DNA of 64,000 nt, from NCBI GenBank assembly GCA_977862235.1, contig OZ374561.1, positions 1,736,001 to 1,800,000 on the forward strand, given 5' to 3'. Positions 25,004-39,270 of this stretch are shown piece by piece. The position numbers and the translations under genes are program-made. Under the pieces are notes generated by a model that saw only the letters and a list, made by a program, of their open reading frames with translations, made no database searches and was not told the origin of the DNA. The DNA comes from Dudresnaya verticillata (taxonomy: Eukaryota). Every line of letters starts with the position of its first letter. Position 1 is the stretch's first letter.

Positions 25004-26329
25004 ATGGGAAACGGCCAGAGCGGCATGCCGCCGGGCGGCCCGCCCGGGGACAGCCAGGGTGATAAGAAGAAGAAAAAGTATGAGCCGCCACCAGGCCCAA
25101 CGAGAGTTGGGCGTAAGAAGAAGAGGCGCGGACCCGAGGTCGCGGCAAAGCTGCCCAGCATCACCCCGACTGCGAAATGCCGCTTGCGATTGCTCAAATT
25201 GGAGCGCGTCAAGGATTACCTGCTCATGGAAGAAGAGTTTGTGGCAAATCAGGAGCGCTACAAGCCGCGCGAGGAGCGTACAGAGGAAGATCGCTCCAAG
25301 GTGGAGGACATCCGTGGTACTCCAATGGGCGTTGGTACTCTGGAAGAGATTATTGATGATGATCATGCGATTGTGTCTTCCGCGGTTGGACCGGAGTACT
25401 ACGTTTACATCACCTCGTTCGTCGACAAGGATCAGCTCGAGCCGGGAAGCTCAGTCTTGTTGCATCAGAAGGTGCTCAGTATCGTTGGTATGCTGGCAGA
25501 TGACACCGATCCGATGGTTAGCGTCATGAAGGTTGACAAGGCCCCATTGGAGAGCTATGCTGATATCGGTGGACTGGAGCAGCAGATCCAGGAAATTAAG
25601 GAAGCAGTCGAACTTCCATTGACTCACCCAGAACTCTATGAGGATATGGGCATCAAGCCGCCGAAGGGTGTTATCCTGTACGGTGAGCCAGGAACTGGCA
25701 AGACGCTGCTGGCGAAGGCTGTTGCGAACAGCACGTCTGCGTCGTTCCTTCGTGTTGTTGGATCTGAACTTATTCAGAAGTACTTGGGTGACGGCCCGAA
25801 GCTTGTGCGAGAGTTGTTCAGGGTTGCGGAGGATATGGCCCCGTCTATTGTCTTCATTGATGAAATCGATGCAGTCGGAACTAAGCGCTATGACACCACG
25901 TCTGGAGGTGAGCGCGAGATCCAGAGAACAATGCTCGAGCTGCTTAATCAGCTTGACGGTTTTGATAGTCGAGGCGATGTGAAGGTGTTGCTTGCGACGA
26001 ATCGCATCGAAACGCTCGACCCGGCGTTACTGCGTCCAGGTCGTATCGACCGAAAGATCGAGTTCCCACTACCCGATGAGAAGACAAAGCGGAGGATATT
26101 TAGTATCCATACAGGTAGGATGACTCTTGCCGATGATGTTAATCTTGAGGAGTTCGTCATGAGCAAGGATGAACTTAGTGGTGCGGATATTAAGGCGATT
26201 TGTACTGAGGCGGGCCTTATGGCTTTGAGAGAACGACGCATGAAGGTAATGCATGCTGATTTCAAGAAGGCTCGTGAGAATGTCTTGTACAAGAAGAACC
26301 AGGGAGTGCCCGAGGGGTTATACTTGTAG
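25004..26329 (+). CDS. RPT2: 26S proteasome regulatory ATPase subunit RPT2 (PSMC1/S4)
   Basis: MGNGQS (myristoylation-type Gly2), KKKKYEPP...[45 protein letters not shown] and C-terminal PEGLYL. Confidence 0.98.
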   Translation: MGNGQSGMPPGGPPGDSQGDKKKKKYEPPPGPTRVGRKKKRRGPEVAAKLPSITPTAKCRLRLLKLERVKDYLLMEEEFVANQERYKPREERTEEDRSKVEDIRGTPMGVGTLEEIIDDDHAIVSSAVGPEYYVYITSFVDKDQLEPGSSVLLHQKVLSIVGMLADDTDPMVSVMKVDKAPLESYADIGGLEQQIQEIKEAVELPLTHPELYEDMGIKPPKGVILYGEPGTGKTLLAKAVANSTSASFLRVVGSELIQKYLGDGPKLVRELFRVAEDMAPSIVFIDEIDAVGTKRYDTTSGGEREIQRTMLELLNQLDGFDSRGDVKVLLATNRIETLDPALLRPGRIDRKIEFPLPDEKTKRRIFSIHTGRMTLADDVNLEEFVMSKDELSGADIKAICTEAGLMALRERRMKVMHADFKKARENVLYKKNQGVPEGLYL

Positions 26330-26910
26330 AAGCGTCGTTTTTAATGACATCTGCAGGCCTTCCTGCGTTCGGCGATTTGAGTGCCTGTCGTTGCCTCGGT
26401 TTCAATAAATCATTTTGCTCCCAATTCGACGCGTGCGGATCTCCGGACCTCCATGATTGTCTGTCTACAGCACGCTCAAGGGCTGCAGCTGTTGCAGCAC
26501 ATGAGCCGGTTTCGCGACCAGCAACTCCAGAAAGCATGGAATTGCTGTGGCGCCGGGCCCATTGACGACGTGTTCAAACGCAGGAAGCTTGCGTCCTGGC
26601 AGCAAAATTTCACGCAGTTTTCTTGCGTTCGGGTTCACACATAACGTCGTTTCTTCGGTTTCATCTGACGAATAACTTTCACATTACCCATTCGTTCTTC
26701 CTAGGAGCTTGAATTTCACGAAGAGCACTTCCAGTGGTTGCACTTCTCCTGGTTTTCTCTTAAACACCGCTGGTAGGCTATCTGAGGACAACTCAGTCAC
26801 GCTGTCCCGTACTCGACCAGGAAGGAGAATCGGGAGAGCTTCTCGTCACAAGCCGCCAAAGCGCCTCTGCTGTGAACAACTGAGCTCAACGGGGGTTGCT
26901 GGTCGTGCTC

Positions 26911-28407
26911 ATGTGGCGACGGTTACTCTCTACAAATGTGAAGGATCCTAAGGAAACTATTAGGGATCTGAAACGGCATGTGCATCGGCTGTACAAACAC
27001 ATCCATCCGGATCGACTAGGCCGATTTCCGGAACATCGAGCTGTCAATGAGGCTTCTTTTCAAGTCCTGCAAGATGCCCTAGACCGTCATTTTGATCGCG
27101 TTGAAGCGCGCACAAGGGATATCCCACCGCAGCCATACCAAGGCCCGCAGCAACTGATATTCTACGCACACCACAGCAAGGAAGCACCGGATAGCCCGCA
27201 ACGGAAAAGCCTTAAGAAAGCCGAGATTCCGTTTCATGAATCTAGTCTTGGTACTGCTTTACACAAGTTGTTCGAATCGCTGGGCTTAGAGCCTCCTCCC
27301 CGAGATATACTCCCTGGGGGTAATCGTGGATCTGCCGGGCAAGAATTTTCCTCGCTAACAGAACTGGTGAAGCATGCGCGGCATGTCATTATGACAAACG
27401 TCAAAAAGCAGCATGCAGGGGCATCCGCGTCGGTTAATCCAGGGCTGGATGACGAAATGCAGGTCTCGCGATTAGCCATACAACGGTCGCGTGGGGTGAA
27501 TATCGTGCTTGGGGCAGGGCTGCCCGCAAAAGAAAGGCTAGTGTTGATATTCAGGCGGCTAGTGCGCACATTGGCCGAGTTGAGAGACGTAGCACTTGAC
27601 AACCTCATTGTAGAGGTCGATGGCGGATTCGAAGTCACTTTGAACACTGAAGGGGTGTATCCGTGGATCACGGTAGGTGCCTGTGCTTCTCAAGACACAT
27701 GGGTGCGAGGATTTTCTTCTGAGCAACTGAAGATGGCATGCGAGGCAAGCAAGCACCGTTTGGAAAACTTGAGAAGAAGAGAAATCGAGGCTGCAGGTGC
27801 TCTCGGAGTGAAGCTAATATTGCACAACATCGAGCTTCTCAAAGCAGCCATGAGCGACGATGGAGCTTCCGGTGCCGCAGATGGTGACAAACTGCAAACG
27901 ATGCTGTGCGGCAGCAAAGCCGTCAACGAATACGAAGAGCTGTTGAAATCAATCATTCACGAAGCAATGGAAGATAACATAACAGGTATCGAGATATTCG
28001 ACTCTCTCGTCTTAATGTTCGAAGAAGGAAACGCAAGCGGCACAGACGCTGAGCAAGGGGTGATCCGTGTGGGTCTATCAAATGGAGTGCCCGGCGTCGT
28101 TCGAAGTCTCCAATCGCACGGGGCGCGTATTGACTCTGCACACAAGCGTCTCCGGGCCGCTAAGGAAAGCGAGTCAAGGCGCATTGAGCAGGTCAAGCGC
28201 GCCCTTGGCATCGGTGGGCTGCGGCGCGGCGAAGGAGTGCCCGAGCGCGAGTGGACCGAGGCACTTGGGCAGTTGCGCGCAGACGCAGGGCGGCTGCGCG
28301 GAGTGCTGGACGGGGTGGCTGTGGTGGTGGGGACGCGTGCGAGAATCCTAGCAGATAGCGGGGAAATCGAAGTGCCGTTCGACTTCCACCGGTCCATCCG
28401 GGTATAG
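26911..28407 (+). CDS. DUF4460/TCAIM-like protein with a J-like HPD N-terminal domain, probably mitochondrial
   Basis: MWRRLLST presequence-like start. LYKHIHPDRLGRFPEHRAVNEASFQVL resembles the recalled DUF4460 consensus. Confidence 0.75.
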   Translation: MWRRLLSTNVKDPKETIRDLKRHVHRLYKHIHPDRLGRFPEHRAVNEASFQVLQDALDRHFDRVEARTRDIPPQPYQGPQQLIFYAHHSKEAPDSPQRKSLKKAEIPFHESSLGTALHKLFESLGLEPPPRDILPGGNRGSAGQEFSSLTELVKHARHVIMTNVKKQHAGASASVNPGLDDEMQVSRLAIQRSRGVNIVLGAGLPAKERLVLIFRRLVRTLAELRDVALDNLIVEVDGGFEVTLNTEGVYPWITVGACASQDTWVRGFSSEQLKMACEASKHRLENLRRREIEAAGALGVKLILHNIELLKAAMSDDGASGAADGDKLQTMLCGSKAVNEYEELLKSIIHEAMEDNITGIEIFDSLVLMFEEGNASGTDAEQGVIRVGLSNGVPGVVRSLQSHGARIDSAHKRLRAAKESESRRIEQVKRALGIGGLRRGEGVPEREWTEALGQLRADAGRLRGVLDGVAVVVGTRARILADSGEIEVPFDFHRSIRV

Positions 28408-28421
28408 CGGGTGGCGATGGG

Positions 28422-28808
28422 CTAGTACGGCGGTTCAAGGCGCGAAGAAATGGCGAGCTCGAATTGGGCATAATGGCGCCACTGGGCAAGCAGCTCCTCC
28501 TCGGGTGAGAGCGGCGGGACGGTGGCGTCTGGCGTGGCCTCTTCCTCCGGAGGCGGAGACGCGGGTGGCAGCGGGGCGGGTGGTGCGGGCGCGCGGGCGG
28601 ACGGGTGCTTGGCGTGCCGCGGAGCTGCGGCGGTCGCGGCCGCGACGAGCTGCTGTGCGGCTAGAGCCGACGCGACCGGCGACGGACGCGGGGCTATGCT
28701 CCGCTTGGTGGCTGCGCGCTTGAGGCGGTGCAGCAGCGACGGGGCGGAGGATTTTGGCGGCGAGGGCGCCGGTGGGGGCGCAGGGAGCGACACCAGCGGG
28801 CCTTGCAT
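28422..28808 (-). CDS. Small Pro/Ala-rich hypothetical protein (128 aa)
   Basis: ATG at 28808 in a CGCCATG context after a C-rich leader like those of neighbouring genes. Ends in a helix-like EEELLAQWRHYAQFELAISSRLEPPY. Confidence 0.55.
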   Translation of the reverse strand: MQGPLVSLPAPPPAPSPPKSSAPSLLHRLKRAATKRSIAPRPSPVASALAAQQLVAAATAAAPRHAKHPSARAPAPPAPLPPASPPPEEEATPDATVPPLSPEEELLAQWRHYAQFELAISSRLEPPY

Positions 28809-28861
28809 GGCGGACGGGGGTGGAGAAATGGTGGGGAGGGGGGAGGACGGGAAGAGGGGGA

Positions 28862-28883
28862 GGGGGGGGGGGGGGGGGGGGGG
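28862..28883. repeat. G22 homopolymer within a G-tract-rich segment
   Basis: Read directly. Confidence 0.9.
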
Positions 28884-29741
28884 CGGAAGGTGTGGAAGCG
28901 GTGGGGCGGTCAGAAGAAGGGTTCGGCGGCGGATGCACGAACCGCGGGCTTTGTGTAGCTTTGCTTTTGGCGGTGAGCGCATCCCAAGCGCAATTGCGAA
29001 TTGCCCGATGCGGTTGATGCCAGATTCGGTGCGCGGAGCGCGGTGGCATCAACGGATGGGCTTTGGATTGATCTCTGGCGTGGCCACAATTCGGCGAGGA
29101 CTTACAGAATTACAGAAGGATGGTAGCTGTTGTCGCTACGGTTGGGAGTGAATTGGATCTGGTGGGGTCCTCAGAATTGGATTATCTGGCACAGTACGGT
29201 TCCACTGTATTGGAGACACGTGTCGAATGATAGCGCCCGCCAGGCCCATGCTGGCCAATCACGCGCAAGTACGTCCGGCCGTAGCCACGCTGACCCCCTG
29301 ACACCCCTCGAGCTCCGCCTTGCACCATTTGCATCACGGCGTTGCACGGCGCGCGCGGGCAAGATTCGTGCAGATTTTGTCTCTCGCAACGAAAAAAGGC
29401 CCGAAAAATCTAATCACATACTTGGCAAACGCCCATTGGCGCATGCAAGTCACCCCCGTCCAAACCCTCATGCTCGGAGGCCCCAATGGCGCCCCATTGG
29501 GCATGCCGGAAAAACTTTTCGCCCCAGCGCCATTGCGGCCCCATCGTGCATCATCGCGATCCATCCCGTCATCGCCCGCGCACGCCCGAATTGCATTGCC
29601 ATTTGTTGACTGCCCGTGAGCGCCCGGTGCCCCGCCCGTGGTCTCGGCCCCCCACCAACCCACCACGCCACCGACCCGCGCCCTCCACCTGCAACCCCAC
29701 AGCTCCCCCGTCCCCCGCCGCTGACACCGCCGCCTGCCGCC

Positions 29742-32175
29742 ATGGGCCGCGTCGCCCGCATCCCCGCCGTGCGCCAAGCGGCCCGTGCGCTGCGCGTCTC
29801 CGCCGCCGCTCGATCCACCCCGCTCTCCCCGCTAGAGCCCCACAACCACCTCGAGCCTGTGTACGCCGCCATCGACGATCGCTTGTCCACCGTGCGCACC
29901 AAGTAAGTTCTCTGCATCCCGCCCGTGTCCCGCCGAGTCTCCGCACCCCGCCGCAGACCTCTAATTGTCTTGTATCCACCTGCACAATCCCTCGCGCGCT
30001 CCCAGTCTCAACCGCCCGCTATGCCTCGCCGAAAAGGTCCTATACGGACACTTGGACGACCCCGAACAGGTCCCCGTGCGCGGAGAGACCTTCCTCAAGC
30101 TCCGTCCGGAGCGTGTCGCCTTGCAGGACGCCACCGCTCAAATGGCCATCATTCAGTTTATGTCGTCTGCGCGTCCGCAGGTCGCAGTCCCGTCAACTAT
30201 CCACTGTGACCATCTCATCGCCGCTGAACTGGGCGCCGAGGCGGACATGGCAAAGGCAAACGAAAACAATAAGGAGGTCTACAGCTTTCTCTCCTCGGCC
30301 GCCGCCAAGTACGGCCTCGGCTTCTGGAAGCCTGGTTCTGGTATCATCCATCAGATCGTCCTTGAGAACTATGCGTTCCCTGGTCTGCTTATGATTGGAA
30401 CCGACTCGCATACCCCCAACGCTGGCGGACTTGGCGCCTGTGCTGTTGGTGTTGGTGGCGCTGATGCCGTCGATGTTATGGTCGGATTGCCGTGGGAGCT
30501 GAAGGCACCCAATGTTATTGGTGTCAAGCTCACAGGCAGTCTGCAGGAGTGGACATCGCCAAAGGATATCATTTTGAAGGTCGCTGGTATTCTCACCGTG
30601 AAGGGAGGAACTGGCGCCATTGTCGAGTACTTTGGTGAGGGTGTCGATTCGCTAAGCTGTACAGGAATGGGAACCATTTGCAACATGGGCGCAGAGATTG
30701 GCGCTACGACCTCGATGTTCCCGTACAACGACCGCATGGGTGCCTACCTCAAATCCACCGGTCGCCACGGCATTGCTAACCTGGCAGACTCCTTCTCTGA
30801 AAACCTCAAAGCCGACGAGAATGCCGTCTACGACCAGCTCATCGAGATCAACTTATCTGAGCTTGAGCCCCACATCAATGGTCCATTCACGCCAGATCTT
30901 GCGCACCCGCTCTCGAAATTCAAGGAGGCAGTTGCCGAGAATGGATGGCCTATGGAACTGTCGGCTGGTCTCATTGGCTCATGCACAAACTCATCGTATG
31001 AGGACATGACCCGTTCTGCGTCTGTCGTGAAGCAGGCCTTGTCCCATGGCTTGAAGAGCAAGTCTGTCTTTAATATTACCCCTGGATCGGAGCAGGTCCG
31101 CGCCACCATTTCCCGAGATGGTGTCCTTGACACGTTTACAGAAGCTGGCGGAACTGTTCTTGCGAATGCATGTGGGCCTTGTATCGGGCAATGGAACCGC
31201 ACAGACGTGCCAAAGGGCACCCCTAACTCCATCATTACTTCTTTTAACCGCAACTTTTCGCAGCGAAACGATGGAAACCCTCAGACTCACGCCTTCGTGG
31301 CATCTCCCGAGATCGTGACTGCGATGTCCATTGCTGGTTCGCTTGCTTTTAACCCCACCACAGACACTCTTAAGGGCTCTGATGGCGTCGAATTCAAATT
31401 GAACGCTCCGTCTGGGGATGAATTGCCTGCGAAGGGTTTCGACCCTGGAGAGGATACGTTCCAACCGCCAGTTGACGATGGCATCAGCATGACGGTCAAC
31501 ATCTCCCCGACTTCCCAGCGCCTCTCACTGCTCGAACCATTCACGCCTTGGGATGGAAAAGACTACGACGACATGCCCATTCTTATTAAGGCAAGAGGCA
31601 AGTGCACTACTGACCACATCTCTATGGCTGGGCCATGGTTAAAGTATCGCGGTCATCTCGACAATATTTCCAACAACATGTTGATCGGAGCTGTGAATGA
31701 CGAAAATGGTGAGATCAACAGCGTACGCAACGTCTTTACGGGTGAGCATGGCGGTGTACCGGATACTGCTCGTGACTACAAGGCTGATGGTGTGAAGTGG
31801 GTCGTTATCGGAGATGAAAACTATGGGGAGGGCTCGAGTCGCGAACACGCAGCTCTGGAACCACGGCATCTCGGAGGTGTTGCAGTCATCGTCAAGTCAT
31901 TTGCACGCATTCATGAGACCAATCTCAAGAAGCAAGGCATGCTGCCTCTAACCTTCGCGAATCCGGCGGATTACGACAAGATTGCTTCGCCGGATCGCGT
32001 ATCAATTGTTGGGCTAGCCGAACTTGCCCCTGGTAATCCTGTTACAATGAAGGTGAAGAAGGCGGACGGTACAAGTATTGACGTGACTCTAAACCATACA
32101 TTTAACGAAGAGCAGCTCGAATGGTTCAAGGCTGGGTCTGCCCTGAACAAAATCAAGACTGATCTGGGAGCATAG
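29742..32175 (+). CDS. ACO2: Mitochondrial aconitate hydratase; exons 29742..29902 and 30006..32175
   Basis: Arg/Ala-rich presequence; [21 protein letters not shown] and the Fe-S cysteines in GSCTNSS and [19 protein letters not shown]. Splicing gives VRTNLNRPL. Confidence 0.97.
29903..30005 (+). other. Spliceosomal intron (103 nt, phase 2) of aconitase
   Basis: GTAAGT...CTAAT (29961)...CCCAG. Removal restores the frame. Confidence 0.9.
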
Positions 32176-35100
32176 GTGGGCGCACAACCACTAGTTTTGT
32201 TAACGCAGTGAAAAAAAGATAAACAAACGGGATGTCTGTATTTTTGGTCAACGACGAGGAGCTTGTTGTTGCGTACTTCCTTTGTAACGCTCGCTGCTAG
32301 TCCACTGCCTCTTGACTAGCTCTGAACTTTAACTTTGGCTTTGACTCTCAGATAGTGCTAACGTATCGAAGTTGACAGTTCAATACTTCACATTTAACAA
32401 CTTAATTGCACCTGGAAAAGGTTTGCTGCTGTCTACATTACAGCAGTTTGGAAGATCCGTTCCAATCTCAAAGAGTATCTTCTTCTGCCCAACCAACCAT
32501 TCCATAGGGTAATACTATTCCCAGTTAGGACACGATCCGCCAATGCAGTCCACGCAGCATCGCTCTCTTCAGCAGAGAAGATATGATCTGCGCGGCAAAA
32601 TGGAGCTGCTTTATTCGGTAAGAACATCCCAGTACATCTTTCCTGTTGGTGTGGCTAGAAGTACTGTACGCAATATCACCATGATGGTCCGCATTGAGGA
32701 ATGGAACACCTGGGCAGCTCAGTGTGCGGTACAGTCATTCCTTGTTATAAGAATGCTTCGATAAAGGAATATCCGCGGAAAAGGAATAAGTCTTTCGTCC
32801 ACCGACCCGGTTCCGTTGAAATCAGCCAGTATATGAGGTCTTCAGGAATATGTGATATGGGAATACAGAATCCGAAAGTGATCCGCCGTGGCCCGCAAAA
32901 CAGCTCACTTATGAGGGCCACATTCCTCGATAGTAAGAATATGACTTCGGGGCCTGATGTTGATGGTGGCATTGCGCCCTGCAGAGCACCCAGTAAACTT
33001 GTGAGGCAGCCTTTGCCTTAGTAGATCCTGCGAGAATTATTGAAACACTGAGGAAGGCGCTAATGAGAACAACGCATCACTACAAAACATGTCAATTGGA
33101 GAGAAGCTGAATGTATCTCTGTTGCGAAATGGGCTACTTGATGACTCTGAAGGCATCCCCTCATCAGCCGATGTTACGTTAGCCGCGTTCAGTAGTCTCT
33201 GACGCGCCACAGAAGTCAGAAGATGTCCCAGACGACGATAGAGCAATTCTTGAGCAAGTAAAGCAACTTAATCGGTGTTTTGAAAGAGTGTTCCAACACT
33301 TCCTCGATCTATTCCCCAATGCGATAAAGGAATATGAACCCGTCCACCGTAATTATTCTTATAACAAGGAATGTCTGTACGGCGGAAGGATGCTCGTTCC
33401 GAATCTCAGCGAGCGGCACGCTCACCTGAGCTCTGATATTATTAACTTAGGGCGGTATCCTGGTCACGTGCAAATTTTGCAGTGAGCCAATTGGGACCAA
33501 AAAGGGAACGCAGGCTTTGTCGACAGTGGCCGATATTTACCGTCCTAGAGACGAGATCTTCGCTTTGGGGCTTGTACAGTACGAAGCTGTATCTTTCTTT
33601 TTTTTTCTCAACAATGGATGCTTCCGAGCTGATTTTGTACACAAGACACTGCAAGATCCCTGAAATGCCGAAATCCTGTAACCTTAACCTCTTTGCCAAG
33701 GCGGTAGGAGCACGCTGTTGAGGCAAGACCCCTTGTGCTTGGAGAGCATGGCACGGGAGGGAAGCTAAGGACACAAAGTGCAGGCAACTCTTTGAATGTT
33801 CGTCGGTTGCTACGCCTCGCGAACATGAGCATTCCGTTAAATTTTTGCACAGATGTCAAGACTCGTTGGTTGAGCCATGGCTACCCCTGCGCGTTCAAAA
33901 AGGCTTTGATGAACCACTGTATGGCGAGCTTCCCCTAACTCCGTTCCGACGCAACATGAATATTTCTCAATGAGTCTAAGGGCAGCTGGAGAACTGAATA
34001 TATGAACAGAGCCCCCGGACAGTACAGTCCCAAACAATTGTGTTTCCATATGCCTATTACTTATTCACAGGTGGCTCTTAGGATTGAGAATTGGTGAATA
34101 GACAAAGGCCGCATCCATGTCGCTGAGACTCTCTCATCAGCAATATGTGTGATGAGAATCTGCTTCAGACTAAGCCTACCGAGAAACTAGATCCTCAATG
34201 TACTGATACAATCAAAACGAGAGTCTTAAGCCTGGTCGACGGATAATCCCAAATGCTGCGCATCGTTGAACAGTTCCCCTCTCGATTTATCCACATCTGA
34301 ATTCCCGCCAAGGCTCGCAATTTTCTGTAGACCCCTCCGAGCGTCCCTGATATACCGTAACTTGCGGGTTGTTGTTCAGGCGAAGGTATTGCTAATAAAG
34401 CGGAAAGGGCAATTGTGAGAGCACGCGGATATGTTTGGATAACGCAGTTTGTCGCATACCTTCTAGGGCTTGCAGAACAGATTCTGAACAAGAGATTGCT
34501 GCTGAGGCGAAGAAGAGGCACGAGCTGTAATTGCTGACTAGAAACTGAGCTTCACGTTCCAAAGTTTCTAACTGCGTCAGATGATGGCGCTGGGAGCCCC
34601 ACCTCTACGGCGGCCAAGCTTTGGACTGCAGTTTCGGTGAACTAGAAGTATTGCAGCGATGTTTATTGCAATGAGATTCGCATTCTGTGGTGGGAGAAGG
34701 GCCCCCATGAAGGGAGAGAATCAGTATTGCTCACTGAGTGCTTGCGTTAGACGAGACTGCATACTTGGGTCTGAATCAGTCCAATATCAGAAGTGCTGGA
34801 TCTATTCGCACATATTGACTAGAGCAGGCCTCGAGCGGGAGAGAGTCGGAATCGCTGCGCATGTGATGTGCCCAGCGCACACATCTTGAACAGGAAGCAC
34901 AGATCAGATTGCAAGAGTCCGGCTCGACCGATAGAGCATTTGTGGGCTAATGCAAGAAGAGAAATACTGAAGCATCTAGTAGCACTCTTCATCCGGGAGC
35001 GACGATGCCTAGTGCCTCTAATTATGCTGATATCAGAACCTAGGCAAGGGAATGAGAAGGAAAAAAGTCTATGCGCCACATGTCGGGTAACTCTCACAAT

Positions 35101-35358
35101 GTCGTAAACAAAACTGAGTTCAGAATCCAACGCTGGAGGGGAAATGCATGCGCCCAGAGATTTGCAACTCTGTTGCACTGAGAGCAGAATCGACCAACAC
35201 ACATGCAGGTTGGACAAGGAGCAACAAGGACGAAAGGAAAAAGCAAACAAACAAACGATCAGGGCACGGCTCCTGCTGTGTCACTACTGGCTGTGACAGA
35301 CCCGAAGGTGCGGCAGTTTCGACCGCACCTCTACGTCGGCAACGCAAGTTTCGGACCA

Positions 35359-35920
35359 GCTGCACGTGGCGCCTCGTCGAGGTGTGCATAATGAGGGAGG
35401 TCGATACACGCACGTCGCCACACGCTGGAAAGGCGCAAGCCAGCCGACGTCCATTGTGGCGATGGGCGCACGCGAAGGCTGCGGCCGTCCAGTCGTGGGT
35501 TTCGCGACGCGTGAGTTCGCCTAACGGCCCAAGGGAGCAGGGCTCAAGAGGTGAGAGCTCACCTACGGAGTGTGCCCGGTCGCGACGGGGACGCCTATGG
35601 CGACGGACGGCTTAAAGCAGAGATGAGGCGGGCGCCGCGCTATACGCGGTGCCTCGCCGAGGTGTGCATAATGAGGGAGGTCGATACACGCACGTCGCCA
35701 CACGCTGGAGGGGGCGCACCAACCGACGGCCATTGTAGCGATGGGCGCACGCGAAGGCTGCCACCGTCCAGTCGTGGGTTTCGCGACGCGTGGGTTCGCC
35801 TGACGGCCCATGGGAGCAGGGCTCAAGACGTGAGAACTCGCTTGCGGAGTGTGCTCGGTCGTGACGGGGACGCCTGTGGCGACGGACGGCTTAAAGCAGA
35901 GATGAGGCGGGCGTTGCGCT
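35359..35920. repeat. Two diverged ~280-bp tandem direct repeats
   Basis: GGTGTGCATAATGAGGGAGGTCGATACACGCACGTCGCCACACGCTGGA occurs at 35381 and 35661, and CTTAAAGCAGAGATGAGGCGGGCG at 35611 and 35890. Differences are mostly transitions. Confidence 0.95.
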
Positions 35921-36066
35921 GCGCTGCGCTCGGGGTCGGTTAAAGCACAGATGGGGTGGGTGCTGCGCTGCGGTCGGGGTCGGTTTAAGGCACAGATGGG
36001 GTGGGTGCTGCGCTGCGCTCGGTTTAAAGCACAGACGGGGTGGGTGCTGCGCTGCGCTCGGAGTCG
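35888..36066. repeat. Minisatellite of ~40-50-bp units related to the 3' end of the 280-bp repeat
   Basis: GG(T/C)TTAAAGCA(C/G)AGATGGGGTGGGTGCTGCGCTGCGCTCGG-like units at about 35888, 35938, 35982 and 36021. Confidence 0.92.
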
Positions 36067-36500
36067 GAGAAATGGGGTGCGGCGTGGCGCGCAGGATCGC
36101 GTGCGTGCGCGACGGCGTGGCCCGCGCTGCGCGCGACGGTGGCCGCGGTAGACAAGCGCGGGCGAGGCTGGGCAGCTGGTCACGTTTTGGTAACGGGACA
36201 GCCCCGGCGCGGAAGCGCGGGAGTTGCAATTGCGTTGTCGAACGCGGCGAGGGCGCCAGTTTGGAGATCGGGAGGAGATTCCGTTGGCGTGGGCGGCGCA
36301 GCGCGGCGACGCCGCACGAAGTTGTTGGCGGGGCGCGTGCCAGCCAATGGGCGCAACGTTCGTCGCGCGCGACTTGGAGGAAAGGGGCAACTTCCAGCGT
36401 GGAACTGCGTGGACCACTGCGGCCCGGCGTGCGCGGCCCGGTGCGGGCCCAGACAGCGAAGCACGTGTAAGCACTGCCTTACAGCGCCCCGAAACGGGCG

Positions 36501-36515
36501 CTTCCAGAAGTCTCG
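36501..36515. promoter_or_regulatory. Imperfect heat shock element upstream of polyubiquitin
   Basis: cTTCcaGAAgtcTCg, with a nearby G-box (CACGTG, 36462-36467) and CCAAT box (36344). Polyubiquitin genes are classically heat-inducible. Confidence 0.45.
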
Positions 36516-36604
36516 CGCGAACGCGCGAACCGTTCGTTTCCGTCTTTTTCGCTTCTTTCTCGCCCGTCTTTCGTGCCCGCGACCGCTGCCTCCACACTAC
36601 TTAA

Positions 36605-38599
<1,995 letters not shown>

Positions 38600-39270
38600 A
38601 TTGCCAGTGGCCCCGGGTGTGTTAGTCTTGTAGTTGCTATTTAGGAAATTGTACTAAAGATCTAGCGCGCTTGCGTTAACCCATAAGTGTTGCCGCACTT
38701 CGGTTCGAAGTCTCTGCAACCTGCGCGTTTGAGGATTGCTCTGTGCGCCCATGCAACCTTGCGTATATGTGCGGTCTTTTGTTACTGCAAGATGGAGTGC
38801 GCCACCCGAAGCATGTAGCTGCCTCATTGTATTGGTATGTCTGAAGCCGGTTGCCGATGGCGCTGTAAAAGTAGAGTTGCTGAGCAGGTGATGTGAGATG
38901 GCAGTGGCGCCGAACCGCAACGGCCTCAGCAGCGCACCTACTGGAGACGCTTCCCGTTATGAGCCAAGCACGAGAATTTGATCATTTCGGACTGCTTTTG
39001 ATGCAAACAGGGGAATATTCCCTTATAATGCAACCGGACCTCGTGATCGGAAAACCGGCTGGGGATCTGCGAATTGTAACCTCGGAATCTGTCTGACCAT
39101 TGGGCCTTCTGCTATTGCTTTTGAAAGCACTTTCGAAGGGTGTAGTGTAACGTGTGAAGTGCAGAGAAGAACGTTGGCTCTAGTCGTGAGACGTGCAAAA
39201 GCTTGAACATTGCAATTACGTAGGCGGTGTCGTGCTCTTCTCCCGGAAACTCGCAAGGCTGCAAGCTCTG

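Noticed and set aside
33037..33260. ELLYRRLGH, resembling the copia GAG-pre-integrase WHxRLGH motif
   Set aside because: No following CxxC, integrase, RT or LTRs were seen; too short to support.
35359..36066. CRISPR-like appearance of the repeats
   Set aside because: The units are contiguous and degenerate with no unique spacers, there are no cas genes, and the context is eukaryotic.
35563..36597. 344-aa ORF across the repeats
   Set aside because: A translation of GC-rich tandem repeats with no protein-like features.
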